Source: the human T2T-CHM13v2.0 reference genome, Homo sapiens. From it: DNA of 64,000 nt. This document shows, piece by piece, positions 1 to 15,116 of this stretch. Location of the stretch: the NCBI RefSeq assembly GCF_009914755.1, contig NC_060928.1; one strand, written 5' to 3'. Within the stretch, counting starts at the first letter, position 1. Every line of letters begins with the position of its first letter. Both the position numbers and the translations under genes were made by a program. Under the pieces are notes generated by a model that was given only the letters and a program-made list of their open reading frames with translations, was not told the origin of the DNA and searched no databases.

Positions 1-182
1 ACAGTAGTTAACATAGCTTGAAGTGTGTTTAAGAAAACTCAAGATGTAGTAATTATTCTTTTAGCGTAGAAATAAAGTAGTATGCATATTTTCTCATCTT
101 ATCTGTTACATCTGGATAGAAGATCATGGCTTCTTGTAGACATGCCTGCTGTTAACAGCACCAAGCATACAGGCAGTAGTGT

Positions 183-362
183 AGAATGGTTGTTTCCAAA
201 AGTCTGCATTGGAATCACCTGAAAAACATGTTAAAATACAGGCGTTGGGCACCACCCCTAGTTTCTGATTCTGAAGCTCTTAGCTAGACCCGAAAATTTG
301 CATTTTTAACAAGTTTCCAGGAGATCTTGTACTCCAGGGACTACACTTTGAGAACCCCTTGC
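183..362. mobile_element. MER5A-like hAT-Charlie DNA transposon relic
   Basis: Characteristic motifs gaatcacctg…ttaaaataca…tttctgattc…tttgcatttttaacaag…cactttgagaacc. Confidence 0.6.
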
Positions 363-695
363 GTAAAAGGAATATGTACTTTGAGAGCTGATTGTCTGCA
401 TGTCTTCTCATATCCAAGTTCTACAACATCATGCTTGATGCTCACATTGAAATCAGCCATATTGGGAATATTCGCACCACAAAAATCAGCAAAGCCTACA
501 AATCCAGGTTTTTGTTCTTGTTTTTTTTTTAACAGTACCAGTTGTTAAACATTTGCCAGCAACCTACTGCCTAAAGGACTCTAACCAGCAACATAGATGA
601 AATGAGCTGCCTAATAAGGGAATGGATTTGGAATATGGCGCACGGGCCTAATATTTACAGCACTTAGAGAATAGCATAAAGAGGGACTTAGTAAT

Positions 696-1039
696 TGTAT
701 TAGCCTGTTTTCACACTGCTGATAAAGGCATACCTGAGACTGGGTAATTTATAAAGAAAAAGAGGTTTAATTGACTCACAGTTCCACATGGCTAGGGAGG
801 CCTCACAATCATAGCAGAAGGCGAAAGGAATGTCTTACATGGCGGCAGACAAGAGAGAATTGAGAACTAAGCGAAAGGGGAAAACTCCAGTAAAACCATC
901 ACATCTCGTGAGACTCATTCGCTACCATGATAACAGTATGGGGAAAACCGCCCCCATAATTCGATTATCTCCCACTGGGTCCCTCCCATAACACGGGGAA
1001 TTATGGGAACTACAATTCAAGATGAGCCAAACCATATCA
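696..1039 (-). mobile_element. THE1 (ERVL-MaLR) solo LTR
   Basis: TGTATTAG…CCAAACCATATCA termini and perfect 5-bp target-site duplication (TSD) GTAAT (691-695, 1040-1044). ~18-bp deletion near one end relative to the related LTR at 47909. Confidence 0.9.
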
Positions 1040-2017
1040 GTAATAGTGCCATGAATGAATGGAAAAATGAATGGCAGCCTAAATTTAAGCAGTAGGTCCT
1101 CAGACAGGGCTGGAGTATTAAATTTTTATTCTCAAGTAGGCTAATAATCTGCTCTTTCAAAGTGAGTTTCTTTTCATCTAGAAAAACATAAACTTTTTTT
1201 AACAAAAGTTATTATTGAAAAATATATGCTTCTTTTTTTAGATTCAAATTAATGTCATTTTCCAAACCAGGCAGTTTCTTTGGAAACACAGCTAGCTACT
1301 GTTTAAAAATAAGAAAATCAGATGGACCACCTTACTAGTGTACAGTTTTTCATATTTAGGCAACCTGCTCAAATTCAGGGGACTTTCTGTCACCTACTGT
1401 TACATTTGGTTGGCTACATACACTCTGGGTTGTGCAATTTACAGGCTTACATTTCAACAAAAATACAAAAGAAACTCAACAAAGATTATCTTTGTATCTG
1501 AGAAGTTCAGTCTCATTGGGGAGACAGAGAGTAGACAGAATCTATATGGTATTCTTGTTTTCAAGATGTTTATTCAGCCATTCTTGATATGCCATATGGA
1601 AAGTTCCCCCTGTTTACTAGCTTATAACCTTGGGCAAATTGCTTCATTTCTTTGTGCTTTATTTTCCTTATCTCAGTAAATGCAATTAGCTCTGCTTTTC
1701 ATGTTTGGTTATGAGAATTGAATGAATGTAAAGCACCTAACATCGTGCTTGGCACAGAGTCGGCTCACGATATTGAGTAATGCTGATGATTCATGGATAC
1801 TCTTCCTGCTCAAATATCTGGATACTGAAGAATAAATACCCAAGTGGGAATTTTATAGCCTGACATCTCACTGTACAGTATGTTCAAGTTTAGAGAAGCC
1901 TTTCTAGTTTAGTGAATTTTATTCATGTTAATCTGTTTTAAAAGTACTGATTAAAATATTACTTGAACAACTATTTTCTAAAGCTTTCTTTTGAAAAATT
2001 CTTACAGGTATATTTAG

Positions 2018-2312
<295 letters not shown>

Positions 2313-2442
2313 TACATAGATATCTTTAATCTCATTTGGCTTCCCATTCCTTTTGACTAAAGAGATAGGCAAGAATACTTTTAGTATCACTCCCACTTCA
2401 CAGGTGAAGTATCATCAGGCCAGAAACACCAAAATGAGATGA

Positions 2443-2808
<366 letters not shown>

Positions 2809-3318
2809 TAAAATTTTAAGGCAAGAAGTTGAAGCTCACATAAGGAAAAACAGTCTTTTATTAAACTACAGAAATACATTATGTTTATCATTGTTAGTGT
2901 GTTGTGTGTATGCAAAATAGAGAAAGAAAATCAGAGACATTTTAAAGCCCCTCTTTTAAGCCCCAAGTTTCTGAATTATTTTTCTGTAGCAGACCACAAA
3001 CAGTTGGGGAACTGCTTTGTTTTCATGTATCCACTTCCAGTATATAAACTCAAGAAAACAAATCTCAGGAAATAGGTGAGCGTAGTAAAACTAAACCTTA
3101 TAGTAACAGTAATAAATGCAATTCAAATTCCCAGTGGAAAGGCCCAAAGTTAAGTGGTTCGCTTGTAGTTTTTGTGAATCATAAAATATATTGTTCCCTA
3201 GGGAGTGGTGAAAGAGAGTTTATCAATACTTATCAGAACCCAAAAGGATGCCATGCATTACATGTGGGTATGTAGGAGACAGCTGCTATAGACTGAAAAG
3301 TGGATTATGGCTTTCTAG

Positions 3319-3724
<406 letters not shown>

Positions 3725-3888
3725 CACTGCTTTAATTTTAAACGAATGTGTAGACAAAGGATTCCTGGACATCCTCCAGTTTATCTCATGCTAGAAAAGA
3801 CAGCAAGAAATACCAAGTTAGAATGTTATTAACTCTGAAAAATTCTCTTTAGGTCCCATGTGTAAAATACTATCTTAAAAACCAAATT

Positions 3889-4170
3889 GGCCAGTCATGG
3901 TGGTTTACATCTGTAATCTCAGCACTTTGGGAGGCCAAGCCAGGAAGATCACTTGAGACCAGCCTGGGAAACATGGCAATACCCTATCTCTACAGAAAAA
4001 TTTAAGAAGTAGCTGGGCATGGTGGCATGCAGCTGTGGTCCTAGCTACTTAGGAAGCTGAGGCAGCAGGATCACTTGAGTCCAGGAGGCTGAGGCTGCAG
4101 TGAGCCGTAATTATGTCACCGTACTCCAGCCTGGCTGACAGAGCGAGACTCTGTCTCAAAAAAAAAAAAA
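3889..4170 (+). mobile_element. Alu (AluJ-like)
   Basis: Diverged dimer with a short left-arm deletion and an A tail. Confidence 0.85.
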
Positions 4171-4639
4171 GGAATCTAAAATCATGAACTTTACTGTACT
4201 TACCTGTTAAGAGGTCAAGATGAGGCTTCATTTAATTCCAGGGAGATATAAATGGAATTAATCTCAATGATAAGTCTTGTGGAAGTTCTGGTGTGATCAG
4301 ATTAGACATTTAAAGCTTTTAGGGAGAGAAAAGTATAGTCAGTCTATCTCACTCATAATCTCACTCATAATTGGGAAAATAAAATCCAAACTCAGTTTTT
4401 AAATCCATATAATTTATATGCATTCTTCAAACTCTTATTGTAAGATCATTACTTTTATTAACAATTCAGTGTTTTTTAGTAAATGAATCAAGTTTTGCTA
4501 TCATACAAGGTAATTTACTATAGAACTTTATTCCCAGGCTATTTGGGACAGAAATCATGTATTAAAAGCTTGTTAGTGGTGAAAACACACGCCATTTGTC
4601 TAGGAATAGGTATTCCTCAGGTTTTTGATTGTAAAAGTA

Positions 4640-4810
4640 GTGCATAATAATTAAGAGCACATACACTTGAGCTGGACAACCTGGCTTCAGAACTGTTTAG
4701 CCACTAACTAGATGTGTCACCTTGGATGTCCTCAGTGCTCACCTCTTGTTGTGAAGCTTACATGAGGTAATACTTGTAAAGTTCTTAGTACCTGGCCCTT
4801 AGTATGTGAT
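4640..4810. mobile_element. MIR relic (similar relics ~1600-1790, 5810-6050, 9370-9590)
   Basis: Core motifs ccactaactagatgtgtcaccttgg and tgaggtaatacttgtaaag. Confidence 0.5.
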
Positions 4811-7689
4811 ATATAATCCTTTGCTCTTCCTATTTGCACTTCTCTTAAAAGGAAGAAAAATCACCTAAGGTCACACTAACCAAAGATGACATGTCTAATG
4901 AGAGCTAGGACAAGCTGAGCAAGATTTATCTCTCAGCATTATCCTTGACGATACTGCCACTGAAACTTCCAACTATGTTTTATGAAATGAATTTTCAGAG
5001 GTCTTGTCTTAAACATGCTTGAAGTGTAATGATTATCTATAGATATCATCTAGGAGTATTGCTAAAAACAATTGATATATGTTATTCCTAATACATCTCT
5101 CTTGTATTTACTTACCACATATTTTCAGAAATAAATAATACATGGATGATATTTTAAATTAGCTTACAATTAGCAAGAGTTTAAGACATGTACTCCAAAA
5201 AAGAGTAAAAAGGAACAGAGGAGGGAATAAAGGAGCAATAAGCAAAGTGAGTTGATGATGAAACTACCTACCTCCAAGTTCCCATCTGACACACTGCATT
5301 AGGGTGTTTAAAACTGTAAAGTGTGTTAACTTAAACCACACAATTGTACTGCATCAAACACCATCATTGATGATGACATGACTGAATTGACTAAGACCAA
5401 TATGTGACCAAGAATCCATTCCTTGGTAATATATGGGTCTTTTCTTTGCAATTTTAAAGAGAAATGGGGGGCCTCATTATTAAGATTTATTAAGGTTGAT
5501 GTTGATAGGACATCCATATAAAACTACTTGGAAAGCTGTGTATAACCTCAAAGTAAAAAGGAATTCACTTCTACTCTCTCCATGTCTGTCTTTATTTTAA
5601 TGTTTTACTTTAAAACTTTTAGTAACTTGAACAAGATGTGCCCCCAAAGAAGTTGTTATATTTCTGCCAGCCTTTAACATTATCTTACAATCAATATTTA
5701 AAATAAAGCTAAATTCTTTACTAAAAAAGATTCAGAAATGGTATTGAATTATTTGTATCATGATGATCGTGGTTGGGTGGGGGACCGATATGATAGTGAT
5801 GGTGATACTAATATCTAACATTAATTTTTGCTATGCTGGGTATCTTTCAGTCATTTTACATAGTCCTCAAATTAACCATGGAAGGCAGAAATATTTATTA
5901 GCATTTACTGAAGAGAAAACTGAAATATATTAGTAATAAAGTAACTTATCTAAAACAAACACTTAATAAATGCAGGACCACGATTCGAATCCAGGATTAT
6001 CTGACTACAGAGTCTATATGCTTAACCATTAGCCAATGTTACTACTTGGCATACCCTCTTAGAAGAGAGTCATATTTAAAACCACTAATGGTGTGCAACT
6101 ATACTTATAAAATAATTTTCTGGTCTATTTTTTCCTCTGCCAATTGTATTGATGTTAAGTGTTAGGATAATTAAATGTGTAAAAGGCAAAAATATTGATT
6201 GACATATCTAACATTTAGTTTTATAAAGTTGTTTCCTGAGACAGGCTATCAAAGATTCCTGTACACGTGGACTCTTCTAACCACCTAAACAGAAAGAATG
6301 TCAAGTGTTTTCACAATTCTGCAGAGTGATTTCTCTTGTTCTCAAATCAAAAAAACGTTTTATTACCTGTCAGCATACAACGGAAGATGATTAGACTCCA
6401 GTGGTGAGAACCATGCAGAAATATGTTAATGCATTTTTCTATCATTCCCTAGACTTTGCCATTTTACAAATTTAAATATCAGTGCCTAGAAATTTAAGCA
6501 GTCATCTTGTATACAGAGTATTAAGTATTCACATTTAGGAATAATCTATCACATGCTCCCATGTTTCCATGTTGGAGCCTTTTTCAGTCTTCCCAGTATC
6601 CCAGCATGTTAGATCTTTAATAATCACCATTAACTTTTTGATCTCAACTTCCATTATGCCATGTTTTTCCTGTATAGGGAAAGGTAAGTACGTTCTTAAC
6701 ACTGCACCGTGTATTGGTCCTATTTCTTCTTTGGTCCTGTTTCATTGGTCTGGTTTGCTTTTTTGCCTGCTGTAACACCAGAGTTAGATATGCAACTACA
6801 CTTTAAAACCATGTAAAACATATTTACTAATTGCACTCAACTTCATCTTATTTTTTAATCCTCATTTTCCATTTACCTTTCTTCATCTTTTTGTCTTTAT
6901 TCACTTCATCAATTTCTATAAGCCCTTCCAAGGTTTTTAGAAGGTGACAGTAATAATTGTTAGACCTGGCCCTTGAAAATTATAGAAAAGAATCCAGACA
7001 GCCACTGTCATTGCAATATTTCCTAGATATCACTATGTTAAGCATTTTATTTAATCTGTTATTCCCATGTCTCCACTGAGCATAGATAACTTCTTCACAG
7101 CAATATCAGTTGATGAAAATGCACAGAAAGTAAGAGGATATTATTAACAAATTTCAAAAAGTACTGAGATCCCACCAAGTTGTTTCTCCTTGCATTTGTG
7201 TGTGTGTTTGATTCTGGTAAGTCCTAATCTACAGTTTTTTTTAAGAGCAGAAGCCAGCAGTTGCCTAAGGTCGATGTGTTAGGGTGTTTTTGGCACAGGC
7301 CTAGTTTCCTTGTCTTTTCGTACAATTTGAAGTAATAGTATCTTGGTAAATGGACCTTTTATGGAAGTTAAAAGCAAATGTATAAATTATCCTTTGAAAT
7401 TGTTACATATTGAGAGAATGTGGCTGGATGATGATGAAATGTAGTTATTTCTACTTCTTGTCATAAAAGAACAAACTTATTTTGTATTCAGTTCCTGAGA
7501 AACTGAAATCAATCACATCTCCTTGAAAATGCCTATTTTTGAAAAAAAATTCAACTACTCGTCTTTATCTTCATTAGTGTTAGATTGCCATCTCTTTTCC
7601 CAAGGAGCACTTATCAAAGTTTGTAATTTAACTACCTTGCTTTAATGAAAAGAAAATGGAAGAATCAGCCATTTTTTTTTCCGTTGTAG

Positions 7690-7844
7690 TGTGGAGACAA
7701 TCAATGATGGAAACTTCCACATTGTGGAACTACTTGCCTTGGATCAGAGTCTCTCTTTGTCCGTGGATGGTGGGAACCCCAAAATCATCACTAACTTGTC
7801 AAAGCAGTCCACTCTGAATTTTGACTCTCCACTCTATGTAGGAG
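7690..7844 (+). CDS. SLIT2: SLIT2 internal coding exon (laminin-G domain)
   Basis: Acceptor tttttttttccgttgtag|T-GTG, donor GGA-G|gtaagc. Encodes [51 protein letters not shown], recognised as SLIT2 LamG. The phase-1 end fits the next exon. Confidence 0.97.
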
Positions 7845-9772
7845 GTAAGCTGTCTTCCAAATTCAGGTGGTCCTGAAACCCTGTGATTCTCATTATGGAC
7901 GAATTCTGAAGTTTGTTAATGCCTAATATATCAGGATTTGTCATTGACCAATAGTGATCAATCATTGAAAGATGGATGGCAAAGACAGAACAGAAAGATC
8001 TCTAGGTGGGTGTTAAGGGATCATTTTATTATCCCATCTCTCTTTCTAACAAATGTGTCATCTGGGTAGAGAAAGACATTAATTAATATTTCTTTTGTGT
8101 CAATCACATATGCTAGGTGATTTATACATTATATAATTTAATCTTATATTTGATCTGGTCTATGGAAAAGGAAAGTTGGTTAGAGATTAAATCATACAAT
8201 CAAGAAAATGATAAAACAAGCTTAATGCAAACTGGAAAGTAGATGACCCCACCCCAGCTCCCTTAAGGAGGCAAACCCTATCAGCTCAGTCAAATGTTAC
8301 CATGCTGGAGCTTCTGCACTACCAGTTGCTAATTCATCTGGATGATAGGATAAGTATCACTGTAATCCAATGACTGACTGAATGAATGAATGAATGAACA
8401 AATTAAATGTACAAATTGTATTAGAATAACAATAAATAGTTCTGTTCCACTAAGACCTTAAGGTGAATGAACAAGAGAGAGGGTTGGAAAGGTAGGTTAG
8501 GACTTGAAATCATAGAGTGAAGACCCTGGGCTTTATTTTTAAGTGAAAAGAAGGCAGATGAGTGAATAAATGAGGGACAGAGATATAAGCAAAGTTCTGT
8601 AGGAGCCCATCGGAGAGGACCTGCAAAGGAGAGAGGTCCCAATCTTGCCTCTATTTGGAGGAACAAATATAAACTGGAGGCATAGAGTTTCAAAATTCTG
8701 GTAAAGGAGCCAGAAAGCAGTTAATGCTGAATTGAGAAGCATTGGATTAAATTACATTGAATTTATTTGAATTGACTGATTAACTTATTTTGCAGATAAA
8801 TAAGTAAAAGCTTTGAACAGGTTAGTGTACAATTTCATCACCATGACAGATATTTTCATGAGTTTCACATCATTTTCTGAAAAATAATAACCTATGCTAC
8901 ACCATTATCTCAACCACTCAAAGCCTTCTTTTCAGTGCCTCTAAGCCTAGGACATTTCTGTTTTAATAATTTCAGTAGTAGACAGTCTTAACATTTTGAC
9001 AGAGTTGGATTGTTTTAGAAACAGTTGGAAGTCTTTGGTTCAATTCTGTAAATATTTATTGAGTACTTACCACATACTAGGAACTAAGTAAATGGATACA
9101 TAAAGGATATAAAGTTGAAGAAGAAATGTCCATTCTACTCCCTAAAAAGTCAAGAATGCAGAGGCATCTTCAAGTAACTATAATGCATTATAAATAAAGT
9201 ATTGCATAGTGAGTCTACTCAGCAAGTTGACTTATCTGATTGCTTCATGGGAATCACAGCAGAGAGTCTCATTAAAAACCAAATCTTCCATTCTTGCCAG
9301 CACTCCAGTTTACAGGGTTGCTTTTGGATGGGTGAAGCCAAGTCACAAGCATACCTGTGATTTGAGAGAAAATAAATTATATTTATTGAGCACATGCTAT
9401 GTGCCCAACACAGTGCTCCTTTTATAGCCTTAATGTGCAGAGATCTTAGGAAATAGGTATGATTTTCTCTGTTTTGTAGTCCCTGAAGAGCAATCTCAAG
9501 GATTTTATATAACTTGTCCAAGTACACAAAGCTATTATGTAGTAGACACCTCATTTAAGTCCAGATCTGGCTGACTCCAAAGCCACCTGCATTGCCATTC
9601 ACTTCTTCACATAAAGCAGAAAGGGAACAAATCTAAGTGCTGTGGCCTTTTGTTGTTTATTTATGGACTTTTCGTTCACTTGATTTTATTATGTTTTCAT
9701 TAGAATCCACTTCATTAAATCTTTCGAAGCCCCTTTAGAATATAGTATAAAACCAATTTTAAAAATACAGGG

Positions 9773-9939
9773 GGCTGGGCATGGTGGCTCACACCCATAA
9801 TCTCAGCACTTTGGGAGGCTGAGGAGGGAGGATCATGTGAGCCCAGGAGGTTGAGGCTGCAGTGAAACATAATTGCACCATTGCAGTACAGCCTGGGAAA
9901 CAGAGCCAGACACTATCTCAAGAAAAAAAAAAAAAAAAA
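9773..9939 (+). mobile_element. Alu monomer (FRAM-like or arm-recombined Alu)
   Basis: ~150-bp monomer with right-arm-type 3' half, A tail and TSD aatacagg. Confidence 0.8.
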
Positions 9940-10312
9940 GAATACAGGATGAGACTGTTTAAGTCAGAACATTCCCCCGCCCCCCGCCAAAAAAAAAAAA
10001 GAGGAAAAAAAGTTTTAAATTTCAAAATGAAAAGTATTTATCCTTCTGAAGGTAGAGGGCCTGGAAAAATTCAAACAACACCTCTGTCCACCCAGGCCTC
10101 AAGGAAACCACTTTCATCCCAGTCCCACTGCCAGAGATCACCATGGGCCCACTTTCTCCCCGCTTAGAGTGCAGTCTCAAGGGTGACTCAGATTTTCAAA
10201 CCACAAGGAACCTGTAAGACCACAGCCTTGAATGCTGTATGGCAAAGGCATGAGAAGCAGAGGGAGAAAAGGAGAGCAAGGTAACTAAGTTCTCTTTAAA
10301 AATAGTGACTAC

Positions 10313-10614
<302 letters not shown>

Positions 10615-10621
10615 TTATGTC

Positions 10622-11407
10622 TACAGTGAGATACCATCTCACACCAGTGAGAATGGCTATTATTAAAAAGTCAAAAAATAACAGCTGCTGGCAAGGTTGT
10701 GGAGAAAAAGGAACACTTATATACTGTTGGCAGAAATGTAAATTAATTCAGCCATTGTGGAAAACAGTGTGGCGATTCCTAAAGACCTAAAAATAGAGCT
10801 ACCATTCAACCCAGCAATCCCATGACTGAGCATATAGTCAAAGGAATCTCAATCATTCTATCATAAAGACACAGGCATGCATATGTTCATTGTAGCACCA
10901 TTCATAATGGCAAAGACATGGAATCAACCTAAATGCCCATCAATTCTAGACTGGATAAAGAAAATGTGGTACATATAAACCATGAAATACCATGCAGCCA
11001 CAAAAAAAGAATTGAGCTGATGCCCTTGGCAGGAACATGGATGGAGCTGGAGGCCATTATCCTTAGCAAACTAACACAGGAACAGAAAAACACATACTGC
11101 ATGTTTCTCACCTATAAGTGGGAGCCAAATGATGAGAACACATGGACACAGAGAGGGGAACAACACACACTGGGGCCTAGCAGAGGGCGGAGGGTGGGAG
11201 GAGGGAGAGGACCAGGAAAAATCACTAATGGACATTAAGCTTAATTCCTGGGTGCTGAAATAGTCCGTACAACAAACCCCTCGTGACATGAGTTTACCCG
11301 GTTTGTTATACGGTAACACATAATACACTGTTGGTGGGGAGTGTAACCCTCATATACCCCTGAACTTAAGATAAAAGTTAAAAAACAAAACAAAAAACAA
11401 AAAAAAC
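10622..11407 (+). mobile_element. L1 3' fragment (older L1PA, ~L1PA13-16)
   Basis: ORF2 C-terminus remnant ([21 protein letters not shown]…), 3'UTR G-rich tract and A-rich tail. Confidence 0.9.
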
Positions 11408-11545
11408 CAGGGATGCTGCCCAAGGAGGACTGCCTGAAGGTGTTGCCTCAGCATCTGGGGAGAGGCAGCCCCTTGGTGAGTATATGGAGAGGCAGCTTAA
11501 CCTACCCTTGGGTTATCAACTACCCATGATATGTGCTTTACTTGA

Positions 11546-11887
<342 letters not shown>

Positions 11888-12173
11888 TAGTCCAACTGAA
11901 CCCTTATTACCTAATGGGGAAGAAAATCAAAAAATAAGCCCCATGCATGGAAATCCATGTATATGCAACAAATGTCCTCCTTGTCCTGCCACGGGACAGA
12001 GGACCTAGGCTTGATACTTGGTCTCTTTATTGCCATTTTGAGGCCTGTAGAAATAAGGCTAAAAGCTGTTTGCTAAGTTATCTGTTGGTTGATTGATTGA
12101 TTGGCTGATTGATTGAATGATTTCCAACTAGGCCAATAGCATAGAGGAAAGGCTTAAAAAAAATCATGGATCT

Positions 12174-12475
12174 GGCCGGGCGTGGTGGCTCATACCTGTA
12201 ATCCCAGCACTTTGGGAGGCTGAGGCGGGTGGATCACCTGAGGTCGGGAGTTGGAGACCAGCCTGACCAATATGGAGAAACCTGGTCTCTACTAAAATTA
12301 CAAAATAAGCCAGGCGTGGTGGTGCATGCCTGTAATCCCAGCTTCTCGGGAGGCTGAAGCAGGAGAATCGCTTGAACCCAGGAGGCGGGGGTTGCAGTGA
12401 GCCAAGGCTGCGTTCATGGCACTCCAGCCTGGGCGACAAGAGTGAAACTCCGTCTCAAAAAAAAAAAAAAAAAAT
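12174..12475 (+). mobile_element. Alu (AluSp/Sq-like)
   Basis: cctgaccaatatggagaaacc diagnostic; near-perfect TSD tcatg(g/t)atct. Confidence 0.9.
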
Positions 12476-14587
12476 TCATGTATCTACTTCTGTTTGTCAA
12501 TGAAGACCTAGCACGTGAAAAGATTGACTCAGAATAATTCTTGATTTTATGATAGCCTATTGAAACTCAAATATACGTATGATGTCTAAACATTTTCATT
12601 TACAAATTACTCTAGTCAAAGCTGGGCTTTTTCTAATTGTTAGCTTTGGAACAAAAAGGAACAGATTTACTAATTGTTTCTCTGTGCTGTGGAACTTTGC
12701 CAATCTGTATTTATTCTTGACATGTGCACATATGTGTGTTGTGCCTATATCAAAATGAGCTATTAAAAATAGTTTTGGAAGAAGTTCATTTTTAACCACT
12801 GAAAAAAGGACCATAAATATGTGGTCATTAAAGTCCTTATGATGGATGGATATGGTTAAATTAGAAAAACTTACCCCAGGGCAAGGAATTTTCTGTCACC
12901 AGTCCTTTCCTGGAAATGGTAAGTTTCATCCTTTTGACCCTGCTCTAGAAAGCAACCCACAGCGAGATGGACATAGACTAAAGGCCTGTACTCACAGAAC
13001 TTCACAGCCAAGAGACTTCATTCAATACCTGTCAGAGTGTAACCATGGACTACCCAAATCACCTGAGCTGCATGTAGATATTTAGATTTCTGCACCTCTC
13101 CTGTTCCTACAGGATCAGAACCTCAGAAGGAGGGGAGAGAGGAGCCTGTAAAGCTGCCTTTGAGCATGCACTGCTGTTGGTTCTTATGTATGACAAACTT
13201 AGGACAACTTCTCTGGTCCATATGCTCATGGTGTATAGATGACAATACTAAGCCCCAGAGAGAAGAAATAACTGCTCCAAGTGCACGCAGAACCAGAAAT
13301 CCTTACCGTATAACCTAGTGGTTTCGTACACCTAGCTGTCTGACTGATGCCTGCTTTGAATGCCAATGGATGAGTCATTTCCTATGAATGGGAAAGGAGA
13401 AGGTGGCATAAGTTCAGACCCAGAGTGTGCTACAGTTCTTGGTCTTTAGAACCAACAGACCCCCTGAAGAGTGAGAAACTGGGTCTTCCTCAGCCTAGAA
13501 CTTCCAGCCAGTAGTCCAGAGTTTAGGCACAGCTAAAGCATAATTACGGGGTTGTGGGGATGTGGTGGTATAGCCAGCACTCTGAAAGCTTCCAGCACCC
13601 TCCCCCCTTCCCTGGATGGGTGCCTTCTGCAGGATGCCTTCCACGGACTAAGGGTCTGGCTTAGGCCATGGAAAGATTCTTCCGTTTTGCCAAAATGAGT
13701 GTTACCAGATAACTGTCACTAGTGGAATGTATATATACAAAGATTGCAAATACTCTGTTTTTGAAGGGATTTCATTTTTATTTCTGATTTCTTGGACTAT
13801 GAAGTCTTCACTCTTAATTAGCAAGAAAGAAAAAATGATGTGAATGAGGTGCTGTCCTGAAAAGAATCAGGAGTGAGTTTTTAGGCATTGACATCATTGA
13901 CCAAGCTTAGGGACGTTGCCAGGAGTGAGCTGAATTAGTTGCTAACTTCGAATGTGGGAGGGCTGGGGTGAATGGTCACTGTGAACCCCAGCTGTCAGCC
14001 CCTGAAACCTGGTGGACCTAACCCTGACTCCAGAGATAGAGGAGTTCTTCTCATCAGCCTAACTCTAACCTGAACTCACTGGGTCACCTTGAGCATGTCA
14101 CCAGGGCTTTCTGAGCCCTAGCCCCTTGTCTTTAAGATAAGGGGTAGAATTAGAGCACCATAAACTGAGCTTTATGGAGCTCCAGACTTCCAGGAGTGTG
14201 TGCCTGGAGGTGGAGGGTGGAGGACAAACAGAGAGGGAACATTCCCTTCCCCCAGTCTTGCCTTTAAGGACAGTAGCTCTGCCTCTAGGTTTTATATATT
14301 TGTGCACATGTAAAGTTTTCTTTGAAGCAAATTTTAAAGATTAACCACCAATCAACTAGGTATTTTATTCTAGTTGTGGATTAGAATTTCCTGGAGCATC
14401 TTCCAATACAGAACAAAACAAAAACACACATCTCTACATCTCTTCTCCACTTCACTTCCCTACCACCCTGCCCAAATATCCTGCCATAATAGGTTGGCAG
14501 TGAGGTCCCAAGCATCAGTATTTCTGAGTAGCAAATGGCTCAGAAATCCCCAGAGAGCCTGACCTCTGACCTGGTGTTCCTCCCCAG

Positions 14588-14876
14588 GCATGCCAGGGAA
14601 GAGTAACGTGGCATCTCTGCGCCAGGCCCCTGGGCAGAACGGAACCAGCTTCCACGGCTGCATCCGGAACCTTTACATCAACAGTGAGCTGCAGGACTTC
14701 CAGAAGGTGCCGATGCAAACAGGCATTTTGCCTGGCTGTGAGCCATGCCACAAGAAGGTGTGTGCCCATGGCACATGCCAGCCCAGCAGCCAGGCAGGCT
14801 TCACCTGCGAGTGCCAGGAAGGATGGATGGGGCCCCTCTGTGACCAACGGACCAATGACCCTTGCCTTGGAAATAA
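14588..14876 (+). CDS. SLIT2: SLIT2 coding exon (end of LamG + EGF repeat)
   Basis: Acceptor ttcctccccag|GC-ATG, donor AAT-AA|gtaagt. Encodes [37 protein letters not shown]…[23 protein letters not shown]. Confidence 0.97.
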
Positions 14877-15116
14877 GTAAGTTCCTGCTGCTTGGGAGTT
14901 GAGCACACACCTGAAAGCCTCAAAGCCAAACCAAAGGAAGGAAGGAAAGAAGAAGGGGAGGGGACGGGAAGGGAGGGGAGGGGAGGGGAGGTTCGTTAGG
15001 CATTAGCACTCTGTCCCTCATATTTTCTCAATCATCCTCCATTCTTATATCACCTCCGTTCATTCTTACCTCCTCTTCTGAATGCATTCCCACTCCTGTG
15101 TTCCTCCTCCCTGTAG

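Noticed and set aside
4347-4371. 12-bp tandem duplication (atctcactcata)x2; similar duplication at 23951-23972
   Set aside because: Ordinary slippage duplications with no functional clue.
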